Below are positions 1 through 11,356 of a stretch of DNA of 64,000 nt, in pieces (position 1 is the first letter of the stretch; each line of letters opens with the position of its first letter). Under the pieces are notes generated by a model. That model worked only from the letters and a program-made list of their open reading frames with translations, searched no databases and was not told the DNA's origin. The stretch is from Candidatus Omnitrophota bacterium. Its GTDB lineage: Bacteria > Omnitrophota > Gorgyraeia > S143-82. The stretch spans positions 9,462 through 73,461 of the forward strand of contig WGAY01000036.1 of assembly GCA_015494585.1 (NCBI GenBank). The letters are read 5' to 3'. Position numbers and translations under genes: made by a program.

Positions 1-437
1 CCCCTAAGATAAACAACAAACATATCCCCTTCTTTCTCAAGAGAATATACCCTGTTTCCCAAAAGAGTTGATATCGACCTTTTGGCAATTTGCTGTCTGA
101 AGAAATCAACTACATCCTTCGCCTTGCCTGAAGCAGGAAAGATGCGACCATCCTCTTCCTTTAGAGCCAATCCGTTCTCCTCGAAAAACCTTATCGCATC
201 CTCATTTGAAAATGACATAAAGGCAGGCTTAAAAAATCGCCCGTATTCCCTGAATCTTTCCAGAAACTCCGGCCCAAACAAGGTATTGGTAATATTACAC
301 CTACCACCACCACTTATCAGGAGTTTACAGCCTATATCCTTATTCTGTTCAATAAGAGAAACCTGCCAGCCCTTATCTGCAGCGGATATCGCGGCCATAA
401 GCCCTGCAGGGCCAGCGCCGATTATACCAACTCTCAT
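1..437 (-). CDS. HI0933/BaiN-like NAD(P)/FAD-dependent flavoprotein (C-terminus runs off the window start)
   Basis: The reverse-strand frame is open from ATG at 437..435 to position 1. It translates to MRVGIIGAGPAGLMAAISAADKGWQVSLIEQNKDIGCKLLISGGGRCNITNT..., i.e. a GxGxxG Rossmann dinucleotide motif followed by the GGGRCN motif typical of the HI0933 family. It is absent from the ORF track because it is truncated by the edge. Confidence 0.8.
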   Translation of the reverse strand, partial: MRVGIIGAGPAGLMAAISAADKGWQVSLIEQNKDIGCKLLISGGGRCNITNTLFGPEFLERFREYGRFFKPAFMSFSNEDAIRFFEENGLALKEEDGRIFPASGKAKDVVDFFRQQIAKRSISTLLGNRVYSLEKEGDMFVVYLR

Positions 438-461
438 AACATCTTTTTGATACCTTCAAAA

Positions 462-2492
<2,031 letters not shown>

Positions 2493-2539
2493 TTATTTGA
2501 AAATACACGGGCAAAGGCCCTATCCTCTGTATCTCCTAC

Positions 2540-2548
2540 ATTATATCA
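2540..2548 (-). promoter_or_regulatory. Extended -10 promoter element (TGaTATAAT) about 72 nt upstream of ligA
   Basis: The minus-sense sequence reads ggttcTGTGATATAATgtagg. The identical 16-mer GGTTCTGTGATATAAT recurs at 11283-11298 upstream of the moxR leader. Confidence 0.4.
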
Positions 2549-2691
2549 CAGAACCTTGCCTTACAACCAAAGACAGGAAAGCAAGGATTTTGTCACTCAA
2601 ATGTCACTCATTTTGTCATCACTTGTGAGACTGATTTTTCCTGAAAGAATTAGTCTCACTAGGAGAGAGGGGGAAATATAAGGGGAGAAGA

Positions 2692-5478
2692 CTAAAATAT
2701 TATCGAATAGAAGATAATCCCACCCTTCGGGCCTGGTCTCTGAGCTTCTTCGCCTGACATCTGATAGAGATTGTCCCTTAATTTGAATATCTCTTTGAAA
2801 AATAGTCCTATCTTTGTATCCAATCTTAGGGCACGCTGACGGGCATAGTATTTAAACTCTTGGATAATCCCGCCCCCTTGTGAACTGTCTTTTTCCTGGG
2901 AAGAAAGGATATTTTTTTCTGTAAGGACCTCGGCTAGCATTACTGTCTTGGCATCTGCTGAGACGATTTTCTGCATTATTGTATCTACATCATCCATAAC
3001 TGCCATTACATCATCTACAGCAAGATAATTCTCTAATGCCTCCTCTACTGCACCTCTATCATTATCGGAAAAGGCCAATGTTAGCTCGTAATAGAGTCCC
3101 TTTGCCTCTTCAGATACAGATACCTCCTTTACTCCCGAAACCCCCTTGAGGTCCTCCTCGAATTCTTTTCGTTCTTTCTGAATCAGTTTATCCCACTTCC
3201 TATTTGCTTTGACATACGCGGTAAGGATCTTATTATATGAAGGGAATTCATTGGCAAAAAAGGCCCGTACTTTATAATGGATATCCTCTGGTCCCTTCTC
3301 AAGTATCGCTTTGGCCCTTTCTGAAAGTGATTTCCCTTGCAAATATCTATCTAACAGCCCGGGATCCTTCCGGAACTTCCTCTCAAAGACCTCGTGTAAA
3401 AATGCTAGGATAGCTGCATTCTTCAAATCTTCCTCAGACATAAATCCCCTACCATAGATGGCATTATAATATTCAGGATTACCCTTGCCTAGTATAGCCT
3501 CAAACAGCCCCTTATAGAGGGCTATGTTGTCTCTATCGTTATAACCAAAGAGGTCAAAGGCAACCTCTTCTATCTCGTAAAGTCCAACCGAGGAAAACAC
3601 AACATCTATATCCCTATCTGAAACAAGCCCATTTAATCCTTTCTCTTCTTTGACAAAATCAATTATTGCTGACTTGACTTCTCCCAGTTCATCCTCAGAG
3701 AAGACTTCAGTTAATCTCTTTACCTCTACCACCTCCTCCAGTTCCTCACCCTTGCTCTCAATACTAGCCAGAAGTCTTCCCATCCCTGGCTCAAAGACAA
3801 CATCTACAGAACCAATGTTGTTCCCCTTATCCTTTCTCTTCTCTAAGAGGGAATAGATGTAATAGGCCAATAATGTACCTGTGCTTACTCCAAGTCCTGC
3901 CCATATAAGGGCTGTTGGCATTGGTTCCTCCTTGACAAAGCCTGCGGATTTTAAGAAGTTGTATGCAATATCTAAGTCCTTGCCGTTTACTCGCTCCTGT
4001 GTAAAATAGGCCGCCTCACCACTAGTGAGAGGAGGCAACTTGTATACGTAGATACGATGGCCATTCCAGTTCATCACATCTTTTAAAATGGCCTTCCTCT
4101 GGAGACGACCAAAAAACAGGTCCCCGGTTATGTCAGGGAATTCAACATCTATAGTGATAACAAATCTCTCTCCTCTCAGCAGATCTACGAAGATTATGTC
4201 CTTATGAAGGTCCAATAATTGCTTTATCTCATAGGCAATCTTATACACATCGCCCCCTGCCACTGCTGGCATTGGCATTCCAAAGAGATAGTAAAGTCCG
4301 GCTGCAGAGGCAATCAAGACTAGTCCAGCAAGCCCCTTTAAGGTTGGCTTTATCTCTGCCTTTCTCTTTTCTTCTATAGTTTGTCTGCCTTTATCAGGCG
4401 AATATTGGGGGGCAGTCTTATCTATTTTTTCATTTTGGGCAGGGTTCTGAGCAAGGAACTCGAAAGTCTCCTCTACATCAGGGACCTCTTTTGGCTTCAG
4501 GCGTTGTTTTGTATCCAGGACAATACCGCCGCCGTAAAACTGCCAATCATCACCATAGGAATCCCAGAGACTGCGTTTATACATAATCACATACTGATCA
4601 AGATACTCTCTAGGAGTCCAATGGGATGTGGACTGCAGCCCGTCTATCTCTCCACTATCAGCAAGCTCTGAAAAGGCAAAGTCTATTTTATCCCTAGCAA
4701 ATTTCTTGTACCACTGGGCAATTATGCATGCATTGTATACCTGGCGTAGGAGGGTATACTTTACATCACTGTTCACCAATTCTATTAATCTGGGTAGTAA
4801 TTTTTCCTTTATCAGTCCTTCTGCATACCTGTCAAATTTTTTCTGGTACTCATCGGCATCAGCTGGCGTATGTATCTGAAACTTTACATCAAAGGTGGCA
4901 TTCTTTATACAGAATCCTGTCCTAGACATAAAGGACTCTATTTCTCCAGGTACTATCCAGAACCTTGGGTCAAACTGCCAGTTGTCTTTTTCAGGGGCAA
5001 TGGATGCACCATAGTCCAATAGATCATCCCAGATTCCCAGCTCCTGAGAGAGCTGTTTCACATCCTCTTTAAGCTTTACATCTGAATACATCAAGACCTT
5101 GCCTATATCAGTATAGAGGAGCTCATGACCGATAACCTGCAAATCGTTCAGGTTAACATTCAGGTTGACCCATAGCTGGGTATCGGGTATGGCCAGGGCC
5201 AGTAAAAAGAATTTTATGTTTTCTTTTCTCTGCCTTTCATCTATCCCCCTATTCCTGGAGTGTTTCCAGGCAAATATTATGTTCCCACCATCGTTGCTTA
5301 CATCCTTAAGATCTATCCCTATCAAATAGGTAGTGGGGACATATCCTAGCACCTGAGAGACATCAGGATAGTCAAATGTCACTACAACAGGGTTAGCATA
5401 AACTGGATAGGCATTAAATATCAAAGAAATACTGATGACCACCACAAACAACCAGTAACCTAACTTCCTACACCGCAT
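2692..5478 (-). CDS. Hypothetical large membrane protein (928 aa): signal peptide, two internal TM segments, no recognisable catalytic motif
   Basis: The N-terminus MRCRKLGYWLFVVVISISLIFNAYPVYA is signal-like. Hydrophobic segments lie at about residue 385 (LAGLVLIASAAGLYYLF) and about residue 520 (ALIWAGLGVSTGTLLAYYIY). The frame is long and clean with protein-like composition. Confidence 0.65.
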   Translation of the reverse strand: MRCRKLGYWLFVVVISISLIFNAYPVYANPVVVTFDYPDVSQVLGYVPTTYLIGIDLKDVSNDGGNIIFAWKHSRNRGIDERQRKENIKFFLLALAIPDTQLWVNLNVNLNDLQVIGHELLYTDIGKVLMYSDVKLKEDVKQLSQELGIWDDLLDYGASIAPEKDNWQFDPRFWIVPGEIESFMSRTGFCIKNATFDVKFQIHTPADADEYQKKFDRYAEGLIKEKLLPRLIELVNSDVKYTLLRQVYNACIIAQWYKKFARDKIDFAFSELADSGEIDGLQSTSHWTPREYLDQYVIMYKRSLWDSYGDDWQFYGGGIVLDTKQRLKPKEVPDVEETFEFLAQNPAQNEKIDKTAPQYSPDKGRQTIEEKRKAEIKPTLKGLAGLVLIASAAGLYYLFGMPMPAVAGGDVYKIAYEIKQLLDLHKDIIFVDLLRGERFVITIDVEFPDITGDLFFGRLQRKAILKDVMNWNGHRIYVYKLPPLTSGEAAYFTQERVNGKDLDIAYNFLKSAGFVKEEPMPTALIWAGLGVSTGTLLAYYIYSLLEKRKDKGNNIGSVDVVFEPGMGRLLASIESKGEELEEVVEVKRLTEVFSEDELGEVKSAIIDFVKEEKGLNGLVSDRDIDVVFSSVGLYEIEEVAFDLFGYNDRDNIALYKGLFEAILGKGNPEYYNAIYGRGFMSEEDLKNAAILAFLHEVFERKFRKDPGLLDRYLQGKSLSERAKAILEKGPEDIHYKVRAFFANEFPSYNKILTAYVKANRKWDKLIQKERKEFEEDLKGVSGVKEVSVSEEAKGLYYELTLAFSDNDRGAVEEALENYLAVDDVMAVMDDVDTIMQKIVSADAKTVMLAEVLTEKNILSSQEKDSSQGGGIIQEFKYYARQRALRLDTKIGLFFKEIFKLRDNLYQMSGEEAQRPGPKGGIIFYSIIF

Positions 5479-5542
5479 ACAGCCTCCCTATTCTTCCACA
5501 ACTATTGCATCCCCCTGTAATCCCATCCGTTCCCTTGACTGA

Positions 5543-5570
5543 AGTATAGTAGAAAATAGCCGAAAGTCAA
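5543..5570 (-). promoter_or_regulatory. Sigma70-like promoter for the 928 aa gene
   Basis: Minus-sense TTGACT, a 16 nt spacer, then TATACT. It lies about 60 nt upstream of ATG 5478. Confidence 0.35.
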
Positions 5571-5588
5571 TTTCGAGGAGAAAAATGA

Positions 5589-6428
5589 TTATCTCTCGCA
5601 AGACAGACAATTGAACTGTATTGAATCAAAGAGGACCTGTTCGCATTCTTTTCTTTTGCAGCGTATCTTACCTAGAGAATTTATCTCCTTACCTTCCAAA
5701 GAATTATAAAATCGCAGTCTGCCTGTTGGGCCAAAATGGGTATAGGGGAGGACCACCCGAAAGCGCGGGATATCGCACTTCAGATATAGCAGTACCGCCC
5801 TGCCCGTGTTTATGACCTTGCAGACATTCCCCCTTACCAGCCTCACATAGCCCTTAAATCTCTCCGCCTCCTCGGGAGGGATTATAGGCCTATCTGCCCA
5901 GACTCCCTTTCTCTCCCGTATCACCTCTAATTGGGCAGAACAAAATCGTCGTGCATATTTTTCGTTTGGCCACATAAAGAACATATAGGCCAATCCCTCT
6001 TTCAACAGTTTTTCATTAACAAGTGTATTATTGACCCAGACATAGGCCAATAGTCTCCCATATTTATCCCTTTTTACCTTATCGAATTCTAGTCTTATCT
6101 GCTTGCCTTTTACTAATTTTTTGTTAAACTCCCTTGCCTCTCGCGAAAACGGTTGAAATACCTCAACCCACATACCATTTTTATGAATCCTGCATTCAGG
6201 TGTATCTATCCCAAGATATCGAACCTTTTCCCCTGTATTAAGGATAACTGTATCACCATCTATTACATCAACTACAAACAGGGATCTATGCAAAACAAAG
6301 AGACGAGATAAAAGGAAAAAAATCGCTATAATCGCGATGAAGATAAAAAGGAAGGGAAATAACCTTTTTCTATTGACCAAATATCTAAATACCTTTTTTG
6401 AGGACACGAGAATAACAAAAGACGGCAA
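5589..6428 (-). CDS. Membrane-anchored thermonuclease (SNase-like) with a Cys-rich C-terminal extension
   Basis: An N-terminal TM segment (FLFIFIAIIAIFFLL) is followed by the micrococcal-nuclease core motifs VIDGDTV...RYLGIDTPE...YGRLLAYVW. The C-terminal roughly 90 aa carry CKVIN...CKRKECEQ...CLSCER. Confidence 0.8.
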   Translation of the reverse strand: MPSFVILVSSKKVFRYLVNRKRLFPFLFIFIAIIAIFFLLSRLFVLHRSLFVVDVIDGDTVILNTGEKVRYLGIDTPECRIHKNGMWVEVFQPFSREAREFNKKLVKGKQIRLEFDKVKRDKYGRLLAYVWVNNTLVNEKLLKEGLAYMFFMWPNEKYARRFCSAQLEVIRERKGVWADRPIIPPEEAERFKGYVRLVRGNVCKVINTGRAVLLYLKCDIPRFRVVLPYTHFGPTGRLRFYNSLEGKEINSLGKIRCKRKECEQVLFDSIQFNCLSCER

Positions 6429-6472
6429 AGGAAATTATCAAAATCCATGAAACACCCATAAAAAACCAACCA

Positions 6473-6817
6473 CTAATTGTCATCTTTAGCCCCTTTATTC
6501 TTCTTAACTTCTATCTTTATTTTACATATTATACCCCTGATATTCAAGACTATCTCACCCCCATCGGCTGAAAAGTAATGCAAAGGCCCTAGATGCTGTC
6601 CCACTTCTATGACTGTATTACCCAAGAGTACTCGCGGTTTCCCTTCTCTGGGGATAACAATAAGGACTTCGTTTGGATTTTTTTTCAAAGGCCTGAATAT
6701 ATCCCTTACCCCGGAAGTAACATCTTTATCTGTAACACCATCCTGCGAGGCAAATGCAAATCGAATACAGAAAAGGCAGAGAAAAAGAAACAACACCAAG
6801 GTTTTCCTCTGGAGCAT
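6473..6817 (-). CDS. Hypothetical small secreted protein
   Basis: 114 aa with a clear signal peptide (MLQRKTLVLFLFLCLFCIRFAFAS). No motif recognised. Confidence 0.5.
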   Translation of the reverse strand: MLQRKTLVLFLFLCLFCIRFAFASQDGVTDKDVTSGVRDIFRPLKKNPNEVLIVIPREGKPRVLLGNTVIEVGQHLGPLHYFSADGGEIVLNIRGIICKIKIEVKKNKGAKDDN

Positions 6818-6846
6818 GGCAGTTCCCCCTTACCTAATAAATCCCA

Positions 6847-7452
6847 TCATAACTTCAACTGATCTGGTTTATATTTAAATATAACTGTTATGTCCAACAA
6901 TAGTCGTTCTTTTTTCTGAAGTTCTGCCCAGCTTATCTCCATACTCTCAAGCTGATAGACCAAGTTCTTATTCAATACACGGAAGAAATCCTGAAGCTTA
7001 TCCGAATCAACATAGGCCTTTATCTTTACTGGGACAAGTACCAAATTGAGATTGTCTTTCTGCTCGTATCGTATCTTACCTATCTTCAGATACACATCGT
7101 ATATTCCAACCTCATGCAACAGAGTAAGCAAAGTATCGAATACCTCATTATTAACATATGGGGTATCCATCCCCATATAATCTTCAACTTTATCTTTTAA
7201 TTCCTTATAACGACGCAAAAGACGGCGATAATTTATAACCAGTTCATCTCCTCTCCTGCGCCAGATCTGCTCTTGATCATATATGTATTGACTCCTCAAA
7301 AGGATAAACATTGCCGGCGAAATAATAAAAGCGAAAAACAATACAGTAAAAAGCAAAAGTGAATAATTGAGGAATTTGTTTACAAAAGAAATCTGTTTTT
7401 GTTTTATATGTAAAATCAAATCAGTCCAAGGATAGAATCGTCTCGCAATCAT
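6847..7452 (-). CDS. Hypothetical single-pass membrane protein (201 aa), translationally coupled to the upstream 201 aa paralogue-sized gene
   Basis: One TM segment at about residues 28-52, then a charged helical stretch and a C-terminal domain. Its start overlaps the stop of the upstream gene by 4 nt (ATGA). Confidence 0.55.
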   Translation of the reverse strand: MIARRFYPWTDLILHIKQKQISFVNKFLNYSLLLFTVLFFAFIISPAMFILLRSQYIYDQEQIWRRRGDELVINYRRLLRRYKELKDKVEDYMGMDTPYVNNEVFDTLLTLLHEVGIYDVYLKIGKIRYEQKDNLNLVLVPVKIKAYVDSDKLQDFFRVLNKNLVYQLESMEISWAELQKKERLLLDITVIFKYKPDQLKL

Positions 7453-8054
7453 AACATGCCCTTTGGTTCAAAAATAATAAGGTAAGACATAGTCTGGTTT
7501 GCATCGTCAACCATTCCTTGCCTTATCCTTACCCTCTTGACAAAATTTGACATATCAGTAAGAGAAATCGCCGCCCTTAACTCATGGAACTTGCGATTAA
7601 AATAGTCTAGGTCATGTTTATCGTCTAACAAAACCATCCCCCTAATCATGAGAAGATGGCGCTTTGCCTTTTTCCCACGAACCCATCTTATATCTCTCAC
7701 CCATGCATTCTCAGGAAGATATTTGTATAGAAATGGCCACAGTTCTTCCCAAAATTTAGTAAACTCCTGTCGTCTGAGAAATGAAGAATACTGAAGTATA
7801 TACTGTTTTTTGATCTCCAATTGCATTAGGAGTTTTTCTGCAAACCTGTACCTAGATCTATATATATCCAATAATTTGAAATGGCGATAGATATTGCGCG
7901 AAGGACGGATTAACAGGTAATAAGAAGTCAACACTAATATCGTAACCAAACCGATCTTCCACAATAAAGAGATCAAAACCCTATTAATCTGTTTCAGATT
8001 TGTATAGTATGTAGAGAAATTGACGATTTTCATATTGTGCCACCTGAATTTCAT
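7449..8054 (-). CDS. Hypothetical single-pass membrane protein (201 aa)
   Basis: TM segment at about residues 26-48 (VLISLLWKIGLVTILVLTSYYLL), followed by a basic, helical region. Same size and topology as the downstream neighbour; the architecture resembles PilN/PilO or GspL/GspM. Confidence 0.55.
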   Translation of the reverse strand: MKFRWHNMKIVNFSTYYTNLKQINRVLISLLWKIGLVTILVLTSYYLLIRPSRNIYRHFKLLDIYRSRYRFAEKLLMQLEIKKQYILQYSSFLRRQEFTKFWEELWPFLYKYLPENAWVRDIRWVRGKKAKRHLLMIRGMVLLDDKHDLDYFNRKFHELRAAISLTDMSNFVKRVRIRQGMVDDANQTMSYLIIFEPKGML

Positions 8055-8057
8055 TTA

Positions 8058-8669
8058 TTATACCACAGGATTCTCGACAATCGTAGCCTGGGAATCAAGA
8101 TTTACAGAGACTGAGATCATATCACCACGCGAAAGGACACCAATACCAGGAGGGGTACCTGTACTAATAATATCGCCCGGATATAATGTCATAATATGGG
8201 ACACAAAAGATATCAAATAAGGGATATCAAAAATCATATCCTCACTGGATGAATCCTGAACCAGCTGGCCATTGAGGAAGGTTCGCAGCCGTAGCCTGCT
8301 AAAATCTTCTTCCTTTGTTATCGTTATTCGTTTCTCTGCAATTGGACAAAAAGAATCAAACCCCTTAGCCCTGGTCCATTGGCCATCTTTCTTCTGTAAA
8401 TCCCGCGCTGTAACATCGTTTAAAGCTATCACACCCGAGATTACAGATAATACATCCTCGCGACGGAGGTCCTTACACCTTTTAGAGATGATAACCGCTA
8501 TCTCGCCCTCGTAATCCACACGACCTACACCAGCTGGGAGGACGATAGGATGTCCGTTCTTCGTTACAGCACTATCTGGTTTCAAAAATAATACAGGCTC
8601 TTCCGGTATATCCATATTTAATTCAGAGGCATGCTCTTTATAATTCAAACCAACTAAGATTATCTTCAT
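8058..8669 (-). CDS. Fumarylacetoacetate hydrolase (FAH) family protein
   Basis: LFLKPDSAV...HPIVLP...DYEGEIAVIIS...LYPGDIISTGTPPGIG. This is the classic FAH-fold 2-keto-4-pentenoate hydratase/isomerase signature. Confidence 0.85.
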   Translation of the reverse strand: MKIILVGLNYKEHASELNMDIPEEPVLFLKPDSAVTKNGHPIVLPAGVGRVDYEGEIAVIISKRCKDLRREDVLSVISGVIALNDVTARDLQKKDGQWTRAKGFDSFCPIAEKRITITKEEDFSRLRLRTFLNGQLVQDSSSEDMIFDIPYLISFVSHIMTLYPGDIISTGTPPGIGVLSRGDMISVSVNLDSQATIVENPVV

Positions 8670-8670
8670 A

Positions 8671-9333
8671 TTATGCCTCTTTCAAAAACAAGAACAAGAC
8701 TTGTACTTTCTCTTCCCCGGTCTTTACAACGACAGCGTTTATATAAAGCATCTTAGGACGCCTGCTTACCGGCAGGGCTATCTCACAGGCAAATTCATCA
8801 GGAACTATTTCGGAAGAATCTATAATCCTCTTAATCCAGGAGGAAAACACATCATTGGCCGAAAGATTCAATATCCCTGAAAACTTATACTCATCCTGCT
8901 CTATCTCAAATAGTGCCTGAGCCCTGGGATTGAGACGAAAGAAGTCTTTCTCTAGGTCAATCCATATAACTGGCTCCTCCATTCGCCTAAGGATCAGGGA
9001 CAAGGCCCTGTAGTAAAGAAGTACCCTTTCCTGCCTTAGCCTTTCAAATTCGCCAACCTTTCTAATCGCAGAGTTTAGCTGAGATAATATGCGACCGTAT
9101 ACATCAGAACTTTTATAAGCCAAATCTTTTGAAAAATCACCATTCGAAAGGGATTCTACCAAACTAGAGATTTCTTTCAAAAATACATAAGACTTCCAGA
9201 AAGAAAATATTTCTACACTCAATAGAAGTATCACTATCGGAATAAAAATAAAAAGGTGTTGAATTATTGAAAGCACCAGTAAAACAATACAGAAAAATAA
9301 TATCAAGCTATGGAGGATTATATATAACAACAT
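8671..9333 (-). CDS. Membrane HAMP/PAS-like sensor module without an output domain
   Basis: Two N-terminal TM helices, a HAMP-like linker (LVESLSNGDFSKDLAYKSSDVYGRILSQLNSAIRKV), and a small PAS-like C-terminal domain. No kinase or GGDEF output domain is present. Confidence 0.45.
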   Translation of the reverse strand: MLLYIILHSLILFFCIVLLVLSIIQHLFIFIPIVILLLSVEIFSFWKSYVFLKEISSLVESLSNGDFSKDLAYKSSDVYGRILSQLNSAIRKVGEFERLRQERVLLYYRALSLILRRMEEPVIWIDLEKDFFRLNPRAQALFEIEQDEYKFSGILNLSANDVFSSWIKRIIDSSEIVPDEFACEIALPVSRRPKMLYINAVVVKTGEEKVQVLFLFLKEA

Positions 9334-9335
9334 AA

Positions 9336-10019
9336 CTAGCGAGAGAAATTTTTTATGCTTTCATCTGTTCCCACAACTATTAAGACATCGCTGTCTTCAA
9401 GGATATCATCTGCCTTTGGCATATCATTTATGATTTCGCGATAGGCCCGTTCACCTGATTCGGTTATCTCTGGTACTTTTTTCTTTATAGCGATGATGTT
9501 GATGTGGTACCTATTACGTAATTGCAATTCTTTTATGCTCTTGCCTATGAACTTCTCTGGAACTTTAATTTCAGCAAGGCTGTGGCCGGATGCCAGCGGA
9601 ATATGTTTTTCAATATGAGAGGTCAACATACTGTTGGCAACCATAACCCCCATTTCCTCTTCTAAATTTATTATCCTGTCGACTTCCATATATTTTAATA
9701 TCTGGGCCTGCAAATTATCCATTGCCCGAGCAAATATGTTTCTGACGCCCATCTTTTTCAATACACTAGTGGTAAGCAGATTCGCCTCAACATTATCTCC
9801 TATACATACAATAGCCGCATCTACATTATCAACCCCTATTGCCTTAAGGGCCTTCTCGTCCGTCGAATCGATACTGACCGCAACCGATACATAATCCTTT
9901 ATGTCCTCAACCTTCTCTTTATCAACATCTATAGCGATAACCTCCACTCCTTTATCGCTCAAGGTATGCGCTATAGTTGAGCCAAATCTTCCCAGTCCAA
10001 TAACTGCTATTTGTCTCAT
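9336..10019 (-). CDS. TrkA/KtrA-type K+ transport regulatory protein (RCK_N + RCK_C)
   Basis: MRQIAVIGLGRFGSTIAHTLSDKGVEVIAIDVD is the Rossmann NAD-binding RCK N-domain. At 227 aa it is KtrA-sized. Confidence 0.85.
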   Translation of the reverse strand: MRQIAVIGLGRFGSTIAHTLSDKGVEVIAIDVDKEKVEDIKDYVSVAVSIDSTDEKALKAIGVDNVDAAIVCIGDNVEANLLTTSVLKKMGVRNIFARAMDNLQAQILKYMEVDRIINLEEEMGVMVANSMLTSHIEKHIPLASGHSLAEIKVPEKFIGKSIKELQLRNRYHINIIAIKKKVPEITESGERAYREIINDMPKADDILEDSDVLIVVGTDESIKNFSR

Positions 10020-10030
10020 TCTTCATCTCC

Positions 10031-11017
10031 TTAAGGAACAGGAACCTCTTCTAGAATTTTTTTGATTATATCATCTGAAACCATTCCTTCGGCCTCGGCT
10101 TCATAGCTTACTATCACTCTATGTCTCAGGATATCATAACAGATAGCCTTGACATCTTCGGGCAGTACAAAGGCCCTTCCATACATAAATGCCCAGGCCC
10201 GTGCTGCTATGGCGAGATAGATACTTGCACGAGGCGATGCTCCATAAGTAATCAAATTCTTCAGCCCATCTAGGCCATATTTTTCAGGGAACCTGGTTGC
10301 ATTCACTATATCTACTATATATCTTTTAACCTTATCGTCTATATATAACTCCCTTACTATCTTTTGCAGAGATAATATTTCTTCCAAAGAAAAAACCTTT
10401 TCTACTGTAGGCATCTCCCATCCCGACATTCGATCCAAGATAAGGATCTCTTCTTCTTTAGTAGGATAGGATATTTTCAACTTTAACATAAACCTGTCAA
10501 CCTGGGCCTCTGGAAGGGGATATGTGCCCTCTTGTTCTATTGGGTTCTGGGTAGCAAACACAATAAACGGCAGTGGAAGTCTATAGGTATTATCTCCTAT
10601 CGTTACCTGCCGCTCCTGCATTGCCTCAAGTAATGCGCTCTGTACCTTGGCCGGGGCTCTGTTTACTTCATCAGCCAATATTACATTGGCAAATACTGGT
10701 CCCTTTTTCACAGAAAATTCACTTCGACCAGGATTATATATAAGGGTCCCTATAATGTCAGCGGGCAATAGATCCGGTGTAAACTGGATACGCTGAAAGT
10801 CGCCACTTATACAATCGGCCAATGTCTTGACCGCTAGGGTCTTTGCAAGCCCAGGGACGCCTTCTATCAAAACGTGTCCATTGGATATCAACGCCAGTAT
10901 CAACCGCGAAATAAGGTACTTCTGCCCCACCACTACCTTGGAAATCTCCATATCCAATCTACGAAGTAGGGCAGATTCCTTTTCAACAATTGCTGTCAAT
11001 TCCTTTATATCGCTCAT
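10031..11017 (-). CDS. MoxR-family AAA+ ATPase
   Basis: Walker A (GVPGLAKT) and Walker B (VILADEVNRAP), plus the MoxR-specific ALLEAMQERQVTIG segment. Confidence 0.9.
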   Translation of the reverse strand: MSDIKELTAIVEKESALLRRLDMEISKVVVGQKYLISRLILALISNGHVLIEGVPGLAKTLAVKTLADCISGDFQRIQFTPDLLPADIIGTLIYNPGRSEFSVKKGPVFANVILADEVNRAPAKVQSALLEAMQERQVTIGDNTYRLPLPFIVFATQNPIEQEGTYPLPEAQVDRFMLKLKISYPTKEEEILILDRMSGWEMPTVEKVFSLEEILSLQKIVRELYIDDKVKRYIVDIVNATRFPEKYGLDGLKNLITYGASPRASIYLAIAARAWAFMYGRAFVLPEDVKAICYDILRHRVIVSYEAEAEGMVSDDIIKKILEEVPVP

Positions 11018-11036
11018 AATATCCCCCTCGTATTTT

Positions 11037-11330
11037 TAATCCGGATTATGCATTAGACGTCTCCATCTTTGCTTGCATTCAATTTCTTTTATCATTAATT
11101 AATTTCAAATCAACCGTTTTATCCCTGTGCTAAATAAAACTCAAATCTCAAAGCCAAAAAGTAAAATCCACAACTAAAATCCCTAAAACTGCTATCTATA
11201 TAGCTATCAACACTATTCTTAACCAGTACGGTTTATTCACATTATAGCTTTCAATTTTTTTATTCCTCTGTCAATAAATTCTATTATATCACAGAACCGC
11301 TATTAGATATTCTGGGATTATTATACCATC
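11037..11330 (-). repeat. Copy C of a roughly 300 bp repeated intergenic leader-like element
   Basis: It shares the CCCAGAATAT...AAAAGTAAAATCCACAACTAAAAT...CTAATGCATAATCCGG architecture with copies at 14056-14412 and 24495-24778. It ends 20 nt before the moxR ATG. Confidence 0.6.
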
Positions 11331-11356
11331 TCGATATCTATTTAAAAGACGCTAAA

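Noticed and set aside
82-450. 122 aa plus-strand ORF
   Set aside because: Antisense to the clearly coding HI0933-like flavoprotein frame (GxGxxG, GGGRCN); low-complexity product.
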